A DNA stretch of 64,000 nucleotides, taken from NCBI RefSeq assembly GCF_009914755.1, contig NC_060928.1. The stretch is one strand, 5' to 3'. Within the stretch, counting starts at the first letter, position 1; each line of letters begins with the position of its first letter. Positions 1 through 18,232 of this stretch are shown in pieces. The stretch comes from the human T2T-CHM13v2.0 reference genome, Homo sapiens. The notes beneath the pieces are model-generated. The model ran no database searches. It was not told the origin of the DNA and worked only from the letters and a program-made list of their open reading frames with translations. The translations under genes were made by a program, and so were the position numbers.

Positions 1-863
1 TTATTTATATCTATACATAAAATACACATTTTATTATGTTGTGGAGAAAAGCAAATAAATATTCTTATTTTTTAGGAAGCAAGATTTTCACTGTCAGAGT
101 ATAGAGTTACAAATATGAAATCAAAGTTGTTAAGAAAGATTATTATAATGTTAAAATTAAACTCAAAATATCAATATAAATCCATTATTTCTTCCATTCA
201 GTCATTCCATCATTCAAGTATTCATTTCTTTCTTTATTTCCTTGCTCTAGAAGTCATTAAGACCTAGATGCAAATAACTTAGCACCCAGATCTTGGCTTC
301 TAAATGTAATTCTTCTATAGAAGAAACCAAAGCCCCTTGGAGAAATGGTTAATTCCATCCTGAGACATCATCTTTAGCTGAAAAGGTAGGAAATACTGTT
401 ACAGGGTTTTGTCAAAAGGACACAGTTGCCAGCCTAAAGGGACTCCCACAACTGCCAAATTTGGGATAATTTGAGCACAGGAAAATTTAATGTTGTTCAT
501 TCCCCACTGACAAGGGAAAGCTCTTCTTTATAGAAGAATATCACTAAAAGAAAAAGAAAAAAAAATACTAGTAGAGTTTAAAAATCAACATTCTACAACC
601 CAAAAAGAAAAAACTGAATCAGACTAGGATTTTCAATAGACAATCAAACTGATAGTGAATAGGGAGGAATACACATTTGCATGATGCCCAAGTAGTCACC
701 TAATGAATTACTTGCTAACTGCAAAGGGAATGCCACAGCCTTACAATACAGAGATTTGAAAGTGGTGACTTTAACTAACAAAGCAAACTAAGCATCAACA
801 AGTGTGAGACAACTTAACATTACATGGCTTCTAATCGGATGCAACATTAAGGATACAATATCA

Positions 864-1214
<351 letters not shown>

Positions 1215-1338
1215 TTATAGATTATAGTAGATTCAGAGGACAGAAAAATGACTTAACCACACAAGAAAATAATCAGACAAATCCACACTGCACAATATTC
1301 CACAGGATGATGTCTGTTTTCTTAAAAACTCAATGTGG

Positions 1339-1487
1339 ATGCATCAGGAAAAACAGCTAATGTATACTGTGCTTAACACCTAGGTGTTGCAGCAAACCAC
1401 CATGGCACATGTCTACCTATGTAACAAACTTGCACATCCTGCACATGTATCCAGGAACTTAACATTAAATTAAATTAAATTTTTTTC
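1339..1487 (+). mobile_element. 5'-truncated L1PA (old primate L1PA13-16-like) 3' end
   Basis: gcagcaaaccaccatggcacatgtctacctatgtaacaaacttgcacatcctgcacatgta; TSD aaaa(c/g)tcaatgtgg. Confidence 0.8.
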
Positions 1488-2259
1488 AAAAGTCAATGTG
1501 GTTGAAAAAAAAAGTTGTGGTTAAATACAAACAAAACAACAGTGTGGGCACCCCTGCACATGGGTGTGCACACATGGAAGGACTGTTCTTTATTAAGACA
1601 TACTAAAGAGGCCTAACAACCAAGTAGAATGGATGAAGCATTGGATCGTCTTCTGAGAAAAATAAATTGTGACAAATTGGGATACTTGAATGGACTCTCC
1701 AAATGATATGATGGAATTGTCCATTTTCTTAGGCATAATAAGTATATTACGGTTATGTAGCAAAAATTCCTCATTTTTAAGGATGCATTATTAAGTATTT
1801 AACAGTGAAATAGCTGAGGTCTGCAACTTAGTTTCAAATGGTTCAACAAAAAATACATATTTACATATATACAGACATAAAATGCATTTGTTTTATCTAG
1901 TTAATGAGAAAATGTATAATCATTATGCTCCTTCAAATTGTATGACTGAAATTTTTCATATTATGAAAACAGGAGAAAAGCTTGAAAAAACCAGTTAAGT
2001 TCTAGTAAATTGATAAATATGAAAATAGGAGTTAATGAAACAGAAAAATTTTAAGGCAAATTTATTCAATAAAGTTAAAAATGGATCATTTGAGAAGAAT
2101 AATAAATAGACAAAAAGCTCGGCTACTCTGGCCAAGATAAATAGTGAGAAGACAAAATTAACATTAGAAAAGAGAAAGAAGATGTAGCAACAGACAGTAA
2201 CATTTAAAAATTTGAATGAATTATTGTATAACGTTGTACCACATACATTTCAAAAGCTA

Positions 2260-2555
<296 letters not shown>

Positions 2556-2617
2556 AAAAGCTACATTAAACGACTGATCTATTAGGTAAATGGAATTTGT
2601 CAAGAATACTAAAACTA

Positions 2618-2942
<325 letters not shown>

Positions 2943-4298
2943 TTAAATTGGTATATTTTATTTTATGTATATTTTACAACAATAGAAAAACTGTAAAACC
3001 ATACTAATTAGAACCTATAATAAATACTCATTACTTACTGATATTCTGACTGACTACCTGGAGCAGATTACCAGAAATTCCAGATCAAGCCCAATGTCTA
3101 AGTTAGTAATGAGGTATGGATCTGTGTTTAATGCTTACTAAATAAGCATTCTATTTACAAATTCATTTTTACCTGTTCTAGAATCTAGGTTTCAGAATTA
3201 TTCAACAGTTTTCTACTTACACCTTTCTCACATGTAAGTCACCAAACAAAGGTTTACTGGGCAGAACAAATATAAGAAAAAATATAGACTTTTTACTATC
3301 ACGGAGCTTCTGAATAAGACAAAAAATTAGTGGATCCTGCATCTGAGATATTTATTCACGAGACCCTAACATATCCTATGAAATGCCATTACTTAAAAGT
3401 TAACACCTTTAGAATTACAATCAGGATAGTTATTACAGTAGAACTTCTACCCAAATTAGGCTGTGAATGACCTGGAACCCTGTAGTCACTAGGATCTAAG
3501 CCAGAATCTAAATTTAGACAGTCATTCTGAAGACTGTAATATTACTAGTTCTGGGCAGCTGAATAAGCCTGTATATTAATGAAGTGGAGAAGTAGATATG
3601 CTATTAAAAAAAAAGTTGCTGAGTTTCTGAGAGCTTTTGGAGTGTAAATGTTCTCTCTCTCTTAACTAGAAGAATGTATTTGATATCAGAGGTGATTAAT
3701 AGGAGAGTTAAAAGCAAAGTCCCTGGATTGCAGGATCACATTTCACGTATCAAAAATTAAAGAGCTTTATGGAATAAGAAGGAGAATAAAATATTAAGCT
3801 TTACAAAAGTTCCTGTGGCTAGCAACAAAGAATCTACTAAAATAGACTGGTTTATTTCCAGTAAATGAAGCTGAGGTTATATTTTTCTGATACTGGCATA
3901 GTCTGTTCATAATTTTCCATCTATTGGCAATAATTTGAACTTTATTACTATTTAAAAAATTATTCACTATGTCATACTCCTTCTCTTTCTGCTAATCAAC
4001 ATTTCTGATTACAGATTTTTTAAATGCCCCTTTTAATTAAAATATAACTTATTTCCAGATTTTTAAATAAGGCTATTTGATTTATTGCAAATTATAGTTT
4101 TGTAAAAAGGGCATAGCTACCTTCTTCAAATTGGGATGAAAAACAAGGCTAACATGCCCAAGAACAAGATACAACTTCTCCAAAATAAGCTGGCTGAATT
4201 TTCAGACTGAAATATGCTTCTACATCCCAGTAATTTCAGACAGTAGTAAACACAAAGGGGGACATGATGATATTAACAGTAAAACTCCACTAACTTAC

Positions 4299-4476
4299 TG
4301 AAAGCAATTTGGCCCAAATACAGTGGCGAGATTGTGAACATTCATGCGATTCTGCACATGATGCTTGGCTACTTTTGTCAAGAACTGGCAAAGGTACTTG
4401 AGGAGGCAGTAGTGGGTGTCTGGCAGCTCTTTTATTAAGTCTCTTAAGCTACTCTCCTGAACATCATTTCTGCCAT
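4299..4476 (-). CDS. FAM13A: FAM13A coding exon, C-terminal part of RhoGAP domain
   Basis: Translates (D)GRNDVQESSLRDLIKELPDTHYCLLKYLCQFLTKVAKHHVQNRMNVHNLATVFGPNCF-H, with the canonical RhoGAP 'N.M...NLA.VFGP' motif. Acceptor TTTTTTTTTCCAG|AT, donor TTCA|GTAAGT. 178 nt, phase 1-2, in frame with the previous exon. Confidence 0.96.
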
Positions 4477-4638
4477 CTGGAAAAAAAAAGAATAAAAATG
4501 TTCTAAGGTATATTTCACAGTAACAACAACAAAAGCCCATAGGTGTAATACATTCTAACATTTTATTCAGAAAAAAACTCTTGAGAGACTGAGATAGGCC
4601 TTGTGTATTTGACTTTATGTTAAAGAATTACTAACTTA

Positions 4639-4795
<157 letters not shown>

Positions 4796-5095
4796 TTACT
4801 AACTTATGCAAGAAATATTTAAAAAACCACAAGGTTTATTCAGTGCACAAAATGGGTTTGTGTTTCAATTTAATGTTTTAATCCCCAAATTAAGACAATG
4901 GTTAGGTTTTTGATCCACAGTGGAATCTTCCATTTGATTTTTGTCTTCAACTTTGTCAAAATCAGGATTCTTTTGAATAAAATTTGATATGAGAGACCTT
5001 CAAGGGACACCATGGGGGATGCTAAACTTAGTGATCAAGGTACTGTACACAGAGAAAACTAAAGGAAACTTAATTCCTAAACAGCTTTTTAATCT

Positions 5096-5881
<786 letters not shown>

Positions 5882-7044
5882 ATATCTAACATGTCATATA
5901 GTTCAGAATTTGATATATATTTCTCATACAAAAGACGAATAACCCAGCATACACCCCAAAATGTCTAACAATATATCAAAATTCATAGGCATACATATGA
6001 GAAGTTTCTCTCAAGTCTCAAAGATTTGTTTTGCCAATACTTAAATATAGTAAAATTGCTAAGTTTTGTGACTTTGTATAATGCTTTCTCTCAGAAGAAA
6101 ATAAAAATATTTTATAACAAATACAGCAGTTTAGAGGAATGACTACAATCCATTACTTTAACAGACATCTAAGAGAATAAAAATGTAATTCAGTTATAAT
6201 TAATAAGCAGTTGTACTGCCTACATAAGTCAGCTTTAGCCAGTTAAGTGAAGAACAGAAAAATGAGGGAAATGAGATACAAAATCAGAGAATTAATCAGT
6301 GTTACAAAGCACCTGGATAACATAATGCTACTGACAGGAAGTGAAAACATATAGCAAATCAGACACAGTGACATTGAGAGGCTTCAGAGCACAAGATCAG
6401 AATGAAGGCTCAAGTCATTTCTGGGGTGAGGAACCTGGTTCTGCTACCTACTACTTATGTGACCTACGTTGTGTTGTTTATAATATTTTCCACTGCACTA
6501 TGACCTTAAATAGCAGGGATATATAAGATAATGAAATAATTAAGTTGGAGTGATTAAGAACTAATTGGAGATACCCATTTCTCATGCCTTTATATTATGA
6601 AAATAAACAAATAATGAACCAAGAGAAAATGTTCTGCCTTCTTTTTTATGGTGACTAATTCAAAGTGAGTCTATGGGATGTTTTCATGGGTGTTTGCTCT
6701 CTGTTTAAAATTGTGGTCTGATTGTCAGCATTTAAAGGTAACAAGCAACAGCATTACAACAGCCTTGATAATCAGCCTCTGGCCTTCTGGCTCTGAAATG
6801 AAACCTCAAACCATAAGGCAGGCAATGTGTAAAGATACCAGGTCTAATAAAACGAAGATTCAAAATAGTTGTGAATTTATGACAATAACATCTTTGAAAA
6901 AGCAGCAGCATTTTCATCATTTTCCAATTTCTGAAATACGATAAACAATTTTTCCAGGAAATAAAACAGCCAAACAATGGGAAGGGAGACGGATGTATTT
7001 AGAGAGTTTCATGTTTAGCAAAATGACATAAAATCATTTATGGC

Positions 7045-7405
<361 letters not shown>

Positions 7406-7883
7406 CTACCTCCTTCCATTTCCACAGCATTTTTGTTTCCTGTGATGGAAGACAGATTCATCGATTCCTGGATTCACCCACTGGACAAGGATGTGAGCGT
7501 CCTCTACATCAGCGGCTTTGACAGCAGCACACCTACATTTATAATTTACTTCTTGAATCCCTGTTCAAATATACTGACAGTACAGTAAAGACCTTAATTT
7601 ATTAGCATGACATTTTGCCTCATCTCTTTTCATACAGGTTAATTATGTATCTGCATTTTGTAAAGTGTTTCTGGAAATATCTGGTAAATATTACCATTAC
7701 TGCCAGCCTGCTGCAACCCTACAAATAAGATTTCCTACATATGAGAATAATAATTGCTCAACACCTTCAGAGGAGGCTTGTAGAAGAATGCCTAGGGTAG
7801 CAGCATGGGGGCAGTGGTGGTACAAATGTGCCTATTAGGAAGATGCCTTCTGACGCTTGCGAGAAAGAAGGCTCATAATAATT

Positions 7884-8177
7884 GGCAGGGTGTGGTGGCT
7901 CATGCCTGTAATTCCAGCACTTTAGGAGGCCAAGGTGGGCGGACTGCTTCAGCCCAGGAGTTTGAGACCAGCCTGGGCAACATAGCGAAACCTCGTCTCT
8001 ACAAAAAATACAAAAATTAGCTGGGCATGGTGGCACATGCCTGTAGTCCCAGCTACTTGGGAGGCTGAAATGGGAGGATCGCTTGAGCTTCAGGAAGTCA
8101 AAGCAGAAGTGAGCCATGATCATACCACTGCACTCCAGCCTGGGTGACAGAGTGAGACCCTGTCAAAAAAAAAAAAA
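7884..8177 (+). mobile_element. AluJ
   Basis: Dimeric Alu with J diagnostics; flanking taataatt duplication. Confidence 0.88.
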
Positions 8178-8349
8178 TTTCCTAATAATTACTTTGCTAT
8201 GGCTTTATTTTTTGATTTATTCATATCTAAATACAATAAACACTGCCTTATACATTCATGTTCTCGTATTTATATTGATAATTATGATGGCTCACTTAAG
8301 GTCTCACATTATAAAAGTTTGCAATGCTTCTATTTTTGTTTACATACAT

Positions 8350-8535
8350 CCAAAATGTATATTTGTTGCACACTATGTATATTTGTTGCACACACGCATC
8401 CAAAATGTATATTTGTTGCACACACACACCCAAAATGTATATTTGTTGCACACATGCACCCAAAATGTATATTTGTTGCACAAATATACAAACAGTATAT
8501 TTGTTGCACAAATATACAAACAGTATATTTGTTTA
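8350..8535. repeat. Minisatellite with 22-30 bp units and core gtatatttgttgcaca
   Basis: About 7 copies: ccaaaatgtatatttgttgcacacacacac-type units followed by aaatatacaaacagtatatttgttgcac-type units. Confidence 0.92.
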
Positions 8536-8595
8536 TCACACACTTTCTATGTGTCTAACATTCTTTACCACCATGGGGAAGGCATTAAACAATGC

Positions 8596-9137
8596 TGTGA
8601 TGGTTAATATTGAGTGTCAACTTGACTGGATTGAAGGATGCAAAGTATTGTTCCTGGGTGTGTCTGTGAGGGTGTTGCCAAAGGAGATTAACATTTGAGT
8701 CAGTGGACTGGGAGAAGCAGACCCACCCTCAGTGTCTGGGTGGGCACCATCTAATCAGCTGCCAGCAGAGGAACATGGAAGGACTAGACTGGCTGAGTCT
8801 TCTGCCCTCCATCTCTCTCCCGTTCTGGATGCTTCCTGCCCTTGAACATCAGACTTCAAGTTCTTCAGCTTCTGGACCCTTGGTCTTACACCAGACCCAC
8901 TCTTGGACCCTTGTATTTTCCAGGGGCTCTTGGGCCTTCAGCCACAGACTGAAGGCTGTGCTGTGGGCTTCCCTACTTTTGAGGTTTTGGGACTCGGACT
9001 GGCTTCCTGGCTCCTCAGCTTGCAGATGGGCTATTGTGGGACTTCACCTTGTGATCATGTGAGCCAATACTCCTTAATAAGCCAAATACCCATCTATTCC
9101 ATTAGTTCTGTCCCTTTAGAGAACCCTGACTAATACA
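8596..9137 (+). mobile_element. MLT2A1 (ERVL) solo LTR, full length
   Basis: tgtgatggttaatattgagtgtcaac ... gagaaccctgactaataca; 5-bp TSD aatgc/aaagc. Confidence 0.9.
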
Positions 9138-9149
9138 AAAGCAAACTCC

Positions 9150-10060
9150 ATGCTTTTATGAAACATATTCTAATCGAGGGGAAGACAGACAATTAAAAAA
9201 TGTTTAAAATATATGTGAAGTGGTAACATACATGCTATGAAGAAACAGAAAGCAGGATAAAGTGGAGTAAAGCAGAGTGATGTCAGGGTACAAGATGTTA
9301 TTTCACTCAATATGGTCAGGGAGGCCCCTCTGATACCATGACATTTGAGCAGAGCTGAAATAAATAAGGAAGTGTGTAGTAGGCAAGGAAACAGCACACG
9401 CAAAGGGCCTGAGGCAGAGGTCCTGGGGCTGGGGCCAAGTGGTGGTGGGTGGGGTGAGTAGCAGGAGATGAAGTGGGGAGACAATGCAGAGAGGGAAAGG
9501 ACAGATCATTACTGTCTGATTAAATCTGACTAAAAGCTATGGTCTTTTCTTGTTTTGTTTTGTTTACTGTGTGAGGGTTTTGAGCTGTGGGGAGACATGA
9601 TCTGCCTGGAGGACCACTCCGGCTGCTCTGCTGAGTCTAGACTGTAGGGGCACAGTTGAAAGCAGCAAGATTACTTAAGAGGTTACTGTAACCATCTAGA
9701 AGGAAAGGGCCTGGGGCCTGGATCAGGCTGATGCTGACGGGATGGTTAGACGTGGGGGCGGATTCAGAATGCAGTTTAAATTTGTCTTGTGTTGGAAGTT
9801 GTTTTATTCATTTAATCATTCCGAAAACATTTATTGAGTGACTACTCTGTTCCAGGCACCATTCTAAGCATTTGAGATAAATCCATAAACAAAATAAACA
9901 GAAAATGCCTACCCTCATGGAGCCTACCATCTAGCAGGTGAGACATTAGGCAATAAATATAGTAACAGGGCTAGGGGAATTCGGAGTACTTGGACCAGGG
10001 TGAAGGCTAGTGATAGAGATTATAAATAAGATTGCCAGGAAGGTCTCCTTGAAATGTAGT
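9150..10060 (-). mobile_element. L2 fragments
   Basis: L2 3'-end motif cattccgaaaacatttattgagtgactactctgttccaggcacc near 9815 and L2-like body near 9300-9780; boundaries approximate. Confidence 0.7.
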
Positions 10061-11299
10061 TGATGTCTCCAGCCAAAGTAAAAAAAAAAATCTATAAACT
10101 GGCAAATATAAGCTCTTTTAGAGTTGGTGGTTGAGTTTCAACCATCTTTTAAACACCCTCCGTGCCTTGCATATTAAAAGCGCTCAAGACATTGTTTTAA
10201 AGAATGATACGCATTTTTAAGACACACAGTAAGACAAACTAGCATAGGAATACAGTACATCTATATTTCAAATATATTTTAAAGAAATGTGGAATAATTT
10301 AGTCCATTTATAGAATTTGCTGAGTTGGATGGAATATTACTGTTAGGTAGGAATCAGATTACAGATAGTATCTAAATAGAAGAAAAAGCTCCTTTAGTGG
10401 TCACAGGGAAAGGACACTCAGCAATAAAATTCCATAAAAGGGCCTCAGAAACAGAAGTGAAATGCACCTCTGCAGATGTATTAACATATGTTAACTGCTT
10501 TAAACTTGTTAAACTGGAATAAAAACTAGGATCATATGTTATAATTCGTAAGTCCAAAAATTCTAAGAAAACTTTGCAGATGGAAATAATGGTTCACAAT
10601 TAAAATAGTCATCATTTTCTTTGACATCAATCTTAGGACAAAAACTATCTCTCTCCATTAGTGAAAAGTGCTACTTCAAATTATTCAAGTTTTCTTGAAA
10701 GTTCTCATTTGTTGTTGGCTTCATTTGACCCATTTCTCAAGCTAAAATTCAAACATTCAACTAGCACAGTATACATAGCATACAGACAAATCTACTCAGC
10801 ACTCGAAAACTGTACCATAAATACTTTTGTTCCAGGTTAAGCAGCAAGCATTGAACCATGTGACAAATATTTGCTCTCACTAAAAAAAAAAAAATTATAA
10901 TTATAATCAGCAATGCTATACCTGTATCACAAGATATATCACAGAATGGCACCTAACTCTAATCTTGACATGTATCCTAGTGTTTGTCACATGCCTGGAC
11001 TTTTCAATGACCATGAAGTTATACTGTACTCATAATCTTAGCCTCAAGGAAAGAATAATATAAACTAACTGACAAAACGCTAATCTCTATCATGATATAT
11101 CTCAGAGCCATGAGAAGGTCAACCATTAAGACAACCAAAATACTTAGCCTCATGGTGCCAGATTTGTCAAAGTAGCTTCCCCCCTCCCTCTGCCTCATTA
11201 AACCTCACAAAATGTTTTATGAAAACTTGCTAATCTATTAGATATTAATAGTATAATGAGCTGTTGCCAACTTTGCAGATTAAGAGAGGTTATAAACTC

Positions 11300-11605
11300 G
11301 ACAACACGGGCAGCCTCTAGAAACTGAGAAACCAGCAAAGAAATAGAGACTTCAGCCTTACAACTGCATGGAAGTGAATTCTGCCAACACTATGAATGAG
11401 TCTGGGAGTAGATTCCCCCTAGAACACCCAGAACAGTCATACAGGAGCCTAGACTGTCACCTTGATTTTGGCCTTGTGAGATTTAGAGTAGAGGAACCAG
11501 TTGAGCCCACACACTTCTCACCCACAGTACAGTGAGATAATAAATTTGCAATGCATTAAGTCACTAAGTTCATGGTAATCTGTTATGGTAGCAATAGGAA
11601 TCTAG
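11300..11605 (+). mobile_element. MLT1 (MaLR) LTR fragment inside a MIR
   Basis: gaattctgccaacac..., cagtgagataataaatttg...gtaatctgttatggtagcaataggaa; MIR-like sequence resumes near 11610. Confidence 0.7.
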
Positions 11606-13479
11606 TAGTTCCCCATTTGGAGATGACTAGACTGAAATAGAGAGATTGATTAGCCTGTCCACATTCACCCAGGTACCAAATAGCTGAGCTACAATTTAAA
11701 TCCAAGTGCCCAGGACCTCATAACATACAATTTGATCAGCATACTCTTACAAAGTTAGCTATTATTGTTATCATTATTACAGAGCAGCTAACACCATGTC
11801 TCATGTATGTAAATATTTAAGAAATGTTTCCTGAATTAATCAATCAATAAACAAATCTGTTGTGTAGTGGAGAGGTGGGAATCTTAATTAATTTGTGAGA
11901 AACTATAGCTTCGTAAATTCTCAGGGCTTGTGGAGAAATAAAATTTTAATAGAAACCTATAAGGCTGCATGGGCACAAAATATAAACTACATAAGAATAA
12001 ACAAAACATGAATTATATTTCTTTCTAAATATGTATTTACAGAAGAATGAGAAAAATAATTATGAAATGCCAGCTGTACAGAATCAGACTGGGTTTTACC
12101 TCCGCATTTCATTCCCCAAGACTGGAATCACTTCTTTGGAGTGATGAGAAGCTTATATAGGCAACAGAATTTCATTTTCCTATGCAAAAGGAGGGATTAT
12201 GTTTCTTACAAATCTCTTACAACCTCATGACCATGATATGGTTCTCAGAGGCCTCACGTAAATTTCTCAAAGGGCAGACTGATAAAGTGACTAATAAAAA
12301 TTAATAAATTACCCTCTATTCTTAGAGGTTATTAGTGAAACTACGAATCTTATCATTCTGATTAGATTCTGCAAAATGCAGAGGTATGTTTATTGCCAAA
12401 TTAGTCAATATTTACAGTGATCCTCCTGTTCCCAGAGAGAACCTGTATGTCCAAGAGCAAAGGCCTGCAGGAAGAACAAAGAATTAGGTGATATTTTACA
12501 CTTTAGTCCTATAACCAAAACAAACTCCTGATAATGCCTAAATAGTATCTCAGCATATTTATTTTGTGAGTATTTATTGGGTACTGAATGCTTGTCAGTC
12601 GGGACAGGTGGTGTACATAAAAATATAAAATAGTCTAAATTATAAAGCTGGAACCTCATATCTACAATAAAGGTTAGACACAAGCATTTAGCAGCTGAAG
12701 AACTTATTTGTATGAGAATTTATGTACCGAGGAGACTGGAAAAAACAAACAGCATATAGGACAGAGAGCCTCACACAATGTAAAATGCTAATCTGAAACA
12801 ATATTGGCAGTATCTCAGCTAATAAAACTAGGCTTTCTCCATCAATCTAGCACTACATTAAATGGGCCAAGTACAGTAAATATATAGTTTCAGATGAAAT
12901 CATACTACCACCAGTTGGTTTTTTTCTAGGCACTACTGGTTAAATGCTCAGCTATAAGTGGCCTGTAAGTGGATTTGGTGCCATATGAGTTAAACCAAGC
13001 CCAGAGTTACTTAAGCCTATTTGTATGTCCTCTTACCCCTCCTTTCTCCCCTAAGGGCCTCAAATTGTTTATGGACTCATTGTAAAAGGTTGATTATTTC
13101 CATGGGTTCAGTAAAGCAGGTGTTCAAAACACGGCTTGACAGAGTTAGGGCAGAGCTCTAAGTGGCTAGCAAGCTAATCATCTGGCTATCCCTTCAACTG
13201 ATATTCTTTAACCAAATTTTTAATATTTTTTATGTAGATTGATTTTCTGTTAATACAAGTTGTATACTTTTTAAATAACTCACTTGTTGACTATGTCTTT
13301 TCTTCTTCCAACATAAAAGCATTACTAAAAAAACAAAGAACTTACTGAGGATTTCACCCAGCTCACAATTAATTCCATAATATCCCCAATGGGCCTCTTC
13401 TTGGCCTTGGAGCTGCTGGGTATCCTGCTTTTCCTCTTCAAGCCTATAATCTTTCTAAAACTATGTTAGAAAATAGTTA

Positions 13480-14035
13480 CTCAAAATAAAGTTACAATAT
13501 AACATAGCAATTACAGGTAGATACTCAAGAGAAATGAAAGCATATATCCACACAAAAACTTGTACATAAATGTTCATAACAGCCAAAAAATGGAAATAAC
13601 CCAAATTTCCATCAACATGAATGGATAAGTAAAATATCGTATATTCATACTATAGAATATTAACCAGCCATAGGAATGCAGTACTGATATATGTGACACC
13701 ACAGATAAAGCTTGAAACATTATGCTAGATCAAAGAAGCCAGTCACAAAGTACCACATACTGTGTGATTCCATTTATGAAATGTCCATAGAAGCAAATGT
13801 TTATAGAAAGAAAGTAGACTGGTCTTTGCCTAAGGATGTGGGTGGTGGGAGGAGGGAGGAATGGGGAGTGACTGCTAATGGGCATACGGTTTCTTTCTGG
13901 GGTCATAAAAATGTTTGAAAGTTAGATAATGGTGATGGTTGCACTTTGTGAATAGATCAAAAACCACTGAATTGTACACTTTAAGAAGGTCAATTTATGG
14001 TGGGTAATTTATATACCAATAAAGCTGTTATAAAG
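13480..14035 (+). mobile_element. L1MB/ME 3' end
   Basis: aaatgaaagcatatatccacacaaaaact ... ccactgaattgtacactttaa ... aataaagctgtt. Confidence 0.8.
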
Positions 14036-15404
14036 AAATTCTGTTGACTTCAAAATCAAGCATGGGAAAAAATTAAGCATGGGAAAAGAAAGTCAGAGGA
14101 GACCTTTCAGATAAAGATGACAGATCATTTCAGTTAAAGATGAGTGTACCTACTTCTCCTCCTAATATCCCACTAAAATGACAATTTTTTTAAAAGAATA
14201 AGTCCTCAAGGATAAAGAGAATAGCCTAAAACATGACAGTAGATGGAAGATTTTAACAAATGTACATATGCACGCACACATGTGCACACAATCATGTTTC
14301 AAGATGAGTTGTTCTTATATGGAATAATTTGCTCAGTCATGGCTTCCCTTTCCAAGCTTGCACAACCTCACCCACTAGTTAATACTATCTCACAGAGTCA
14401 AAAGCCATATAAGGAAAATAAAGATGCATACGTGTACCCAGTAAAGAAAAGATCATCTAGTTATATCAGGACCTACAATCTCAGAGGTCATGGGTGGTTA
14501 TAGATACAAATAAGGTTCTTCCTGTCACATGGATCTGGATGAGAGCAGTCCAATTGGAACACTGCCAAAATGTATGAAGTCATCTGTGGAAACCTGGGTT
14601 TCCTGCCACCAGATTTCCAATTTATTCCAGTGGAGGCTTTGTGCTGCTGATTGATTGGTACCTTGGGCAAATACGTAGACATCAAACCTTTAATTTTGCT
14701 TTGGGTTTAAGTCTTTACTTAGAAAAAAAGAATAGTGTATATGTTTGGCATTGCTTATAGAAAACCCAAAAGATACACACTGAAAATGGAAAGGTTAAAT
14801 TTTGTAGTTTAATATAATGATTCTGTTTCTCGCAGAAACAGATATTTGTGTAAGTTGAGTAATTTCAAAAGAAAAGAAGCTTCCCAGTAAAAAGAAATTA
14901 CCCTAGGGAAGGAAATATATCATATGCTTGTTATGGAGTTCATACTATCCAAGAAATGACAATTCATAACTAGTATCTGGCCAACGTTTATTCATGTGGT
15001 ACTGTAAAATTTGCAAGTCGAAACCACTCAGCTAATCTCAACACAATACAGATGGCATCAAGATAGTGTAGATAAAAGACAGGCTTGACTCCAAGGTATC
15101 TAGTGAGTTCCTCATATAATGAAGAAAGAGAAAGCCCTAAGGCTTAGGTACAAATTAGCTTATTAAATTAGATTTATTTACAATTAGCCACTGTGCTGAT
15201 TAAAATGGCCCTATTATTACGGTGGTTTTCTTAAGAAAAACAGTTACTGTCTAAATTATCAAATGCTCATAAGCATTTGATAAAATTCACAGGCACTTAA
15301 CTCTCACATGTTGTTTGCACAGCTGCTATTATAAAATTCTGTCTCATTTAAAATCAAATATGGGTTGTGGGGGTAAAAAAAAAAGGCAAGGGAGAATTTC
15401 CATT

Positions 15405-17310
<1,906 letters not shown>

Positions 17311-17312
17311 GG

Positions 17313-17450
17313 TTTTCTTTTCTTTTTTTGTAGAGACAGGGTCTCACTATGTTGTTCAGGCTGGTCTCAAACTACTGGCCTAAAGCAATCCTCCTACCTT
17401 GGCATCGCAAAATGCTGGAATTATATAGTCATAAGCTACCACACCTGGCC
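17313..17450 (-). mobile_element. FLAM/Alu left monomer
   Basis: Monomer; TSD-like agggatctgccggtttt / agggtctgctggtttt. Confidence 0.8.
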
Positions 17451-17462
17451 AGGGTCTGCTGG

Positions 17463-17792
<330 letters not shown>

Positions 17793-18232
17793 TGAGAAAG
17801 TTCAAGCACAGTTTCAATTAATTTGGGCAAGGATTTTGAAATCTTCCTCTTAACTCCAAGTTGAATTCATTTCTTTTTTCCCTTTTCCTTCTCCTTTCTA
17901 ATCATAAGGCAGGTAAGCACACTTATTCTTCTGTAACTCTTTTGTAAATATTCGAAAAGAAAGGGAAGTTAGAATAGAGAAAGGCTAAGGAGACCAATTT
18001 TAAGCTTAAAAGCAGAAAAAATGAGGAGAATCACACTAAAATGACTTTTCTTTTTATAACCAAGAAAGCAATGGACAGGAGTGAGGGCTGAGGATGAGTT
18101 GGGACATAAGCATTGGGAAGGGAGATTACATTAAAAATATGGAAGCCCATGTTCCATCCCCCTAATGATTTTATTGGCCTGCAATAAAATCTCTGAAAGT
18201 TGATCTCTGAAAGTTTTCTAAGCTTTCTAGAA

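Noticed and set aside
8116-8698. Overlapping repetitive ORFs of 69-163 aa
   Set aside because: They arise from a stop-poor minisatellite that is open in several frames on both strands.
14055-14087. Short tandem duplications (aagcatgggaaaa x2; also aaacagaatatgcca x2 near 37480)
   Set aside because: Ordinary slippage duplications with no further structure.
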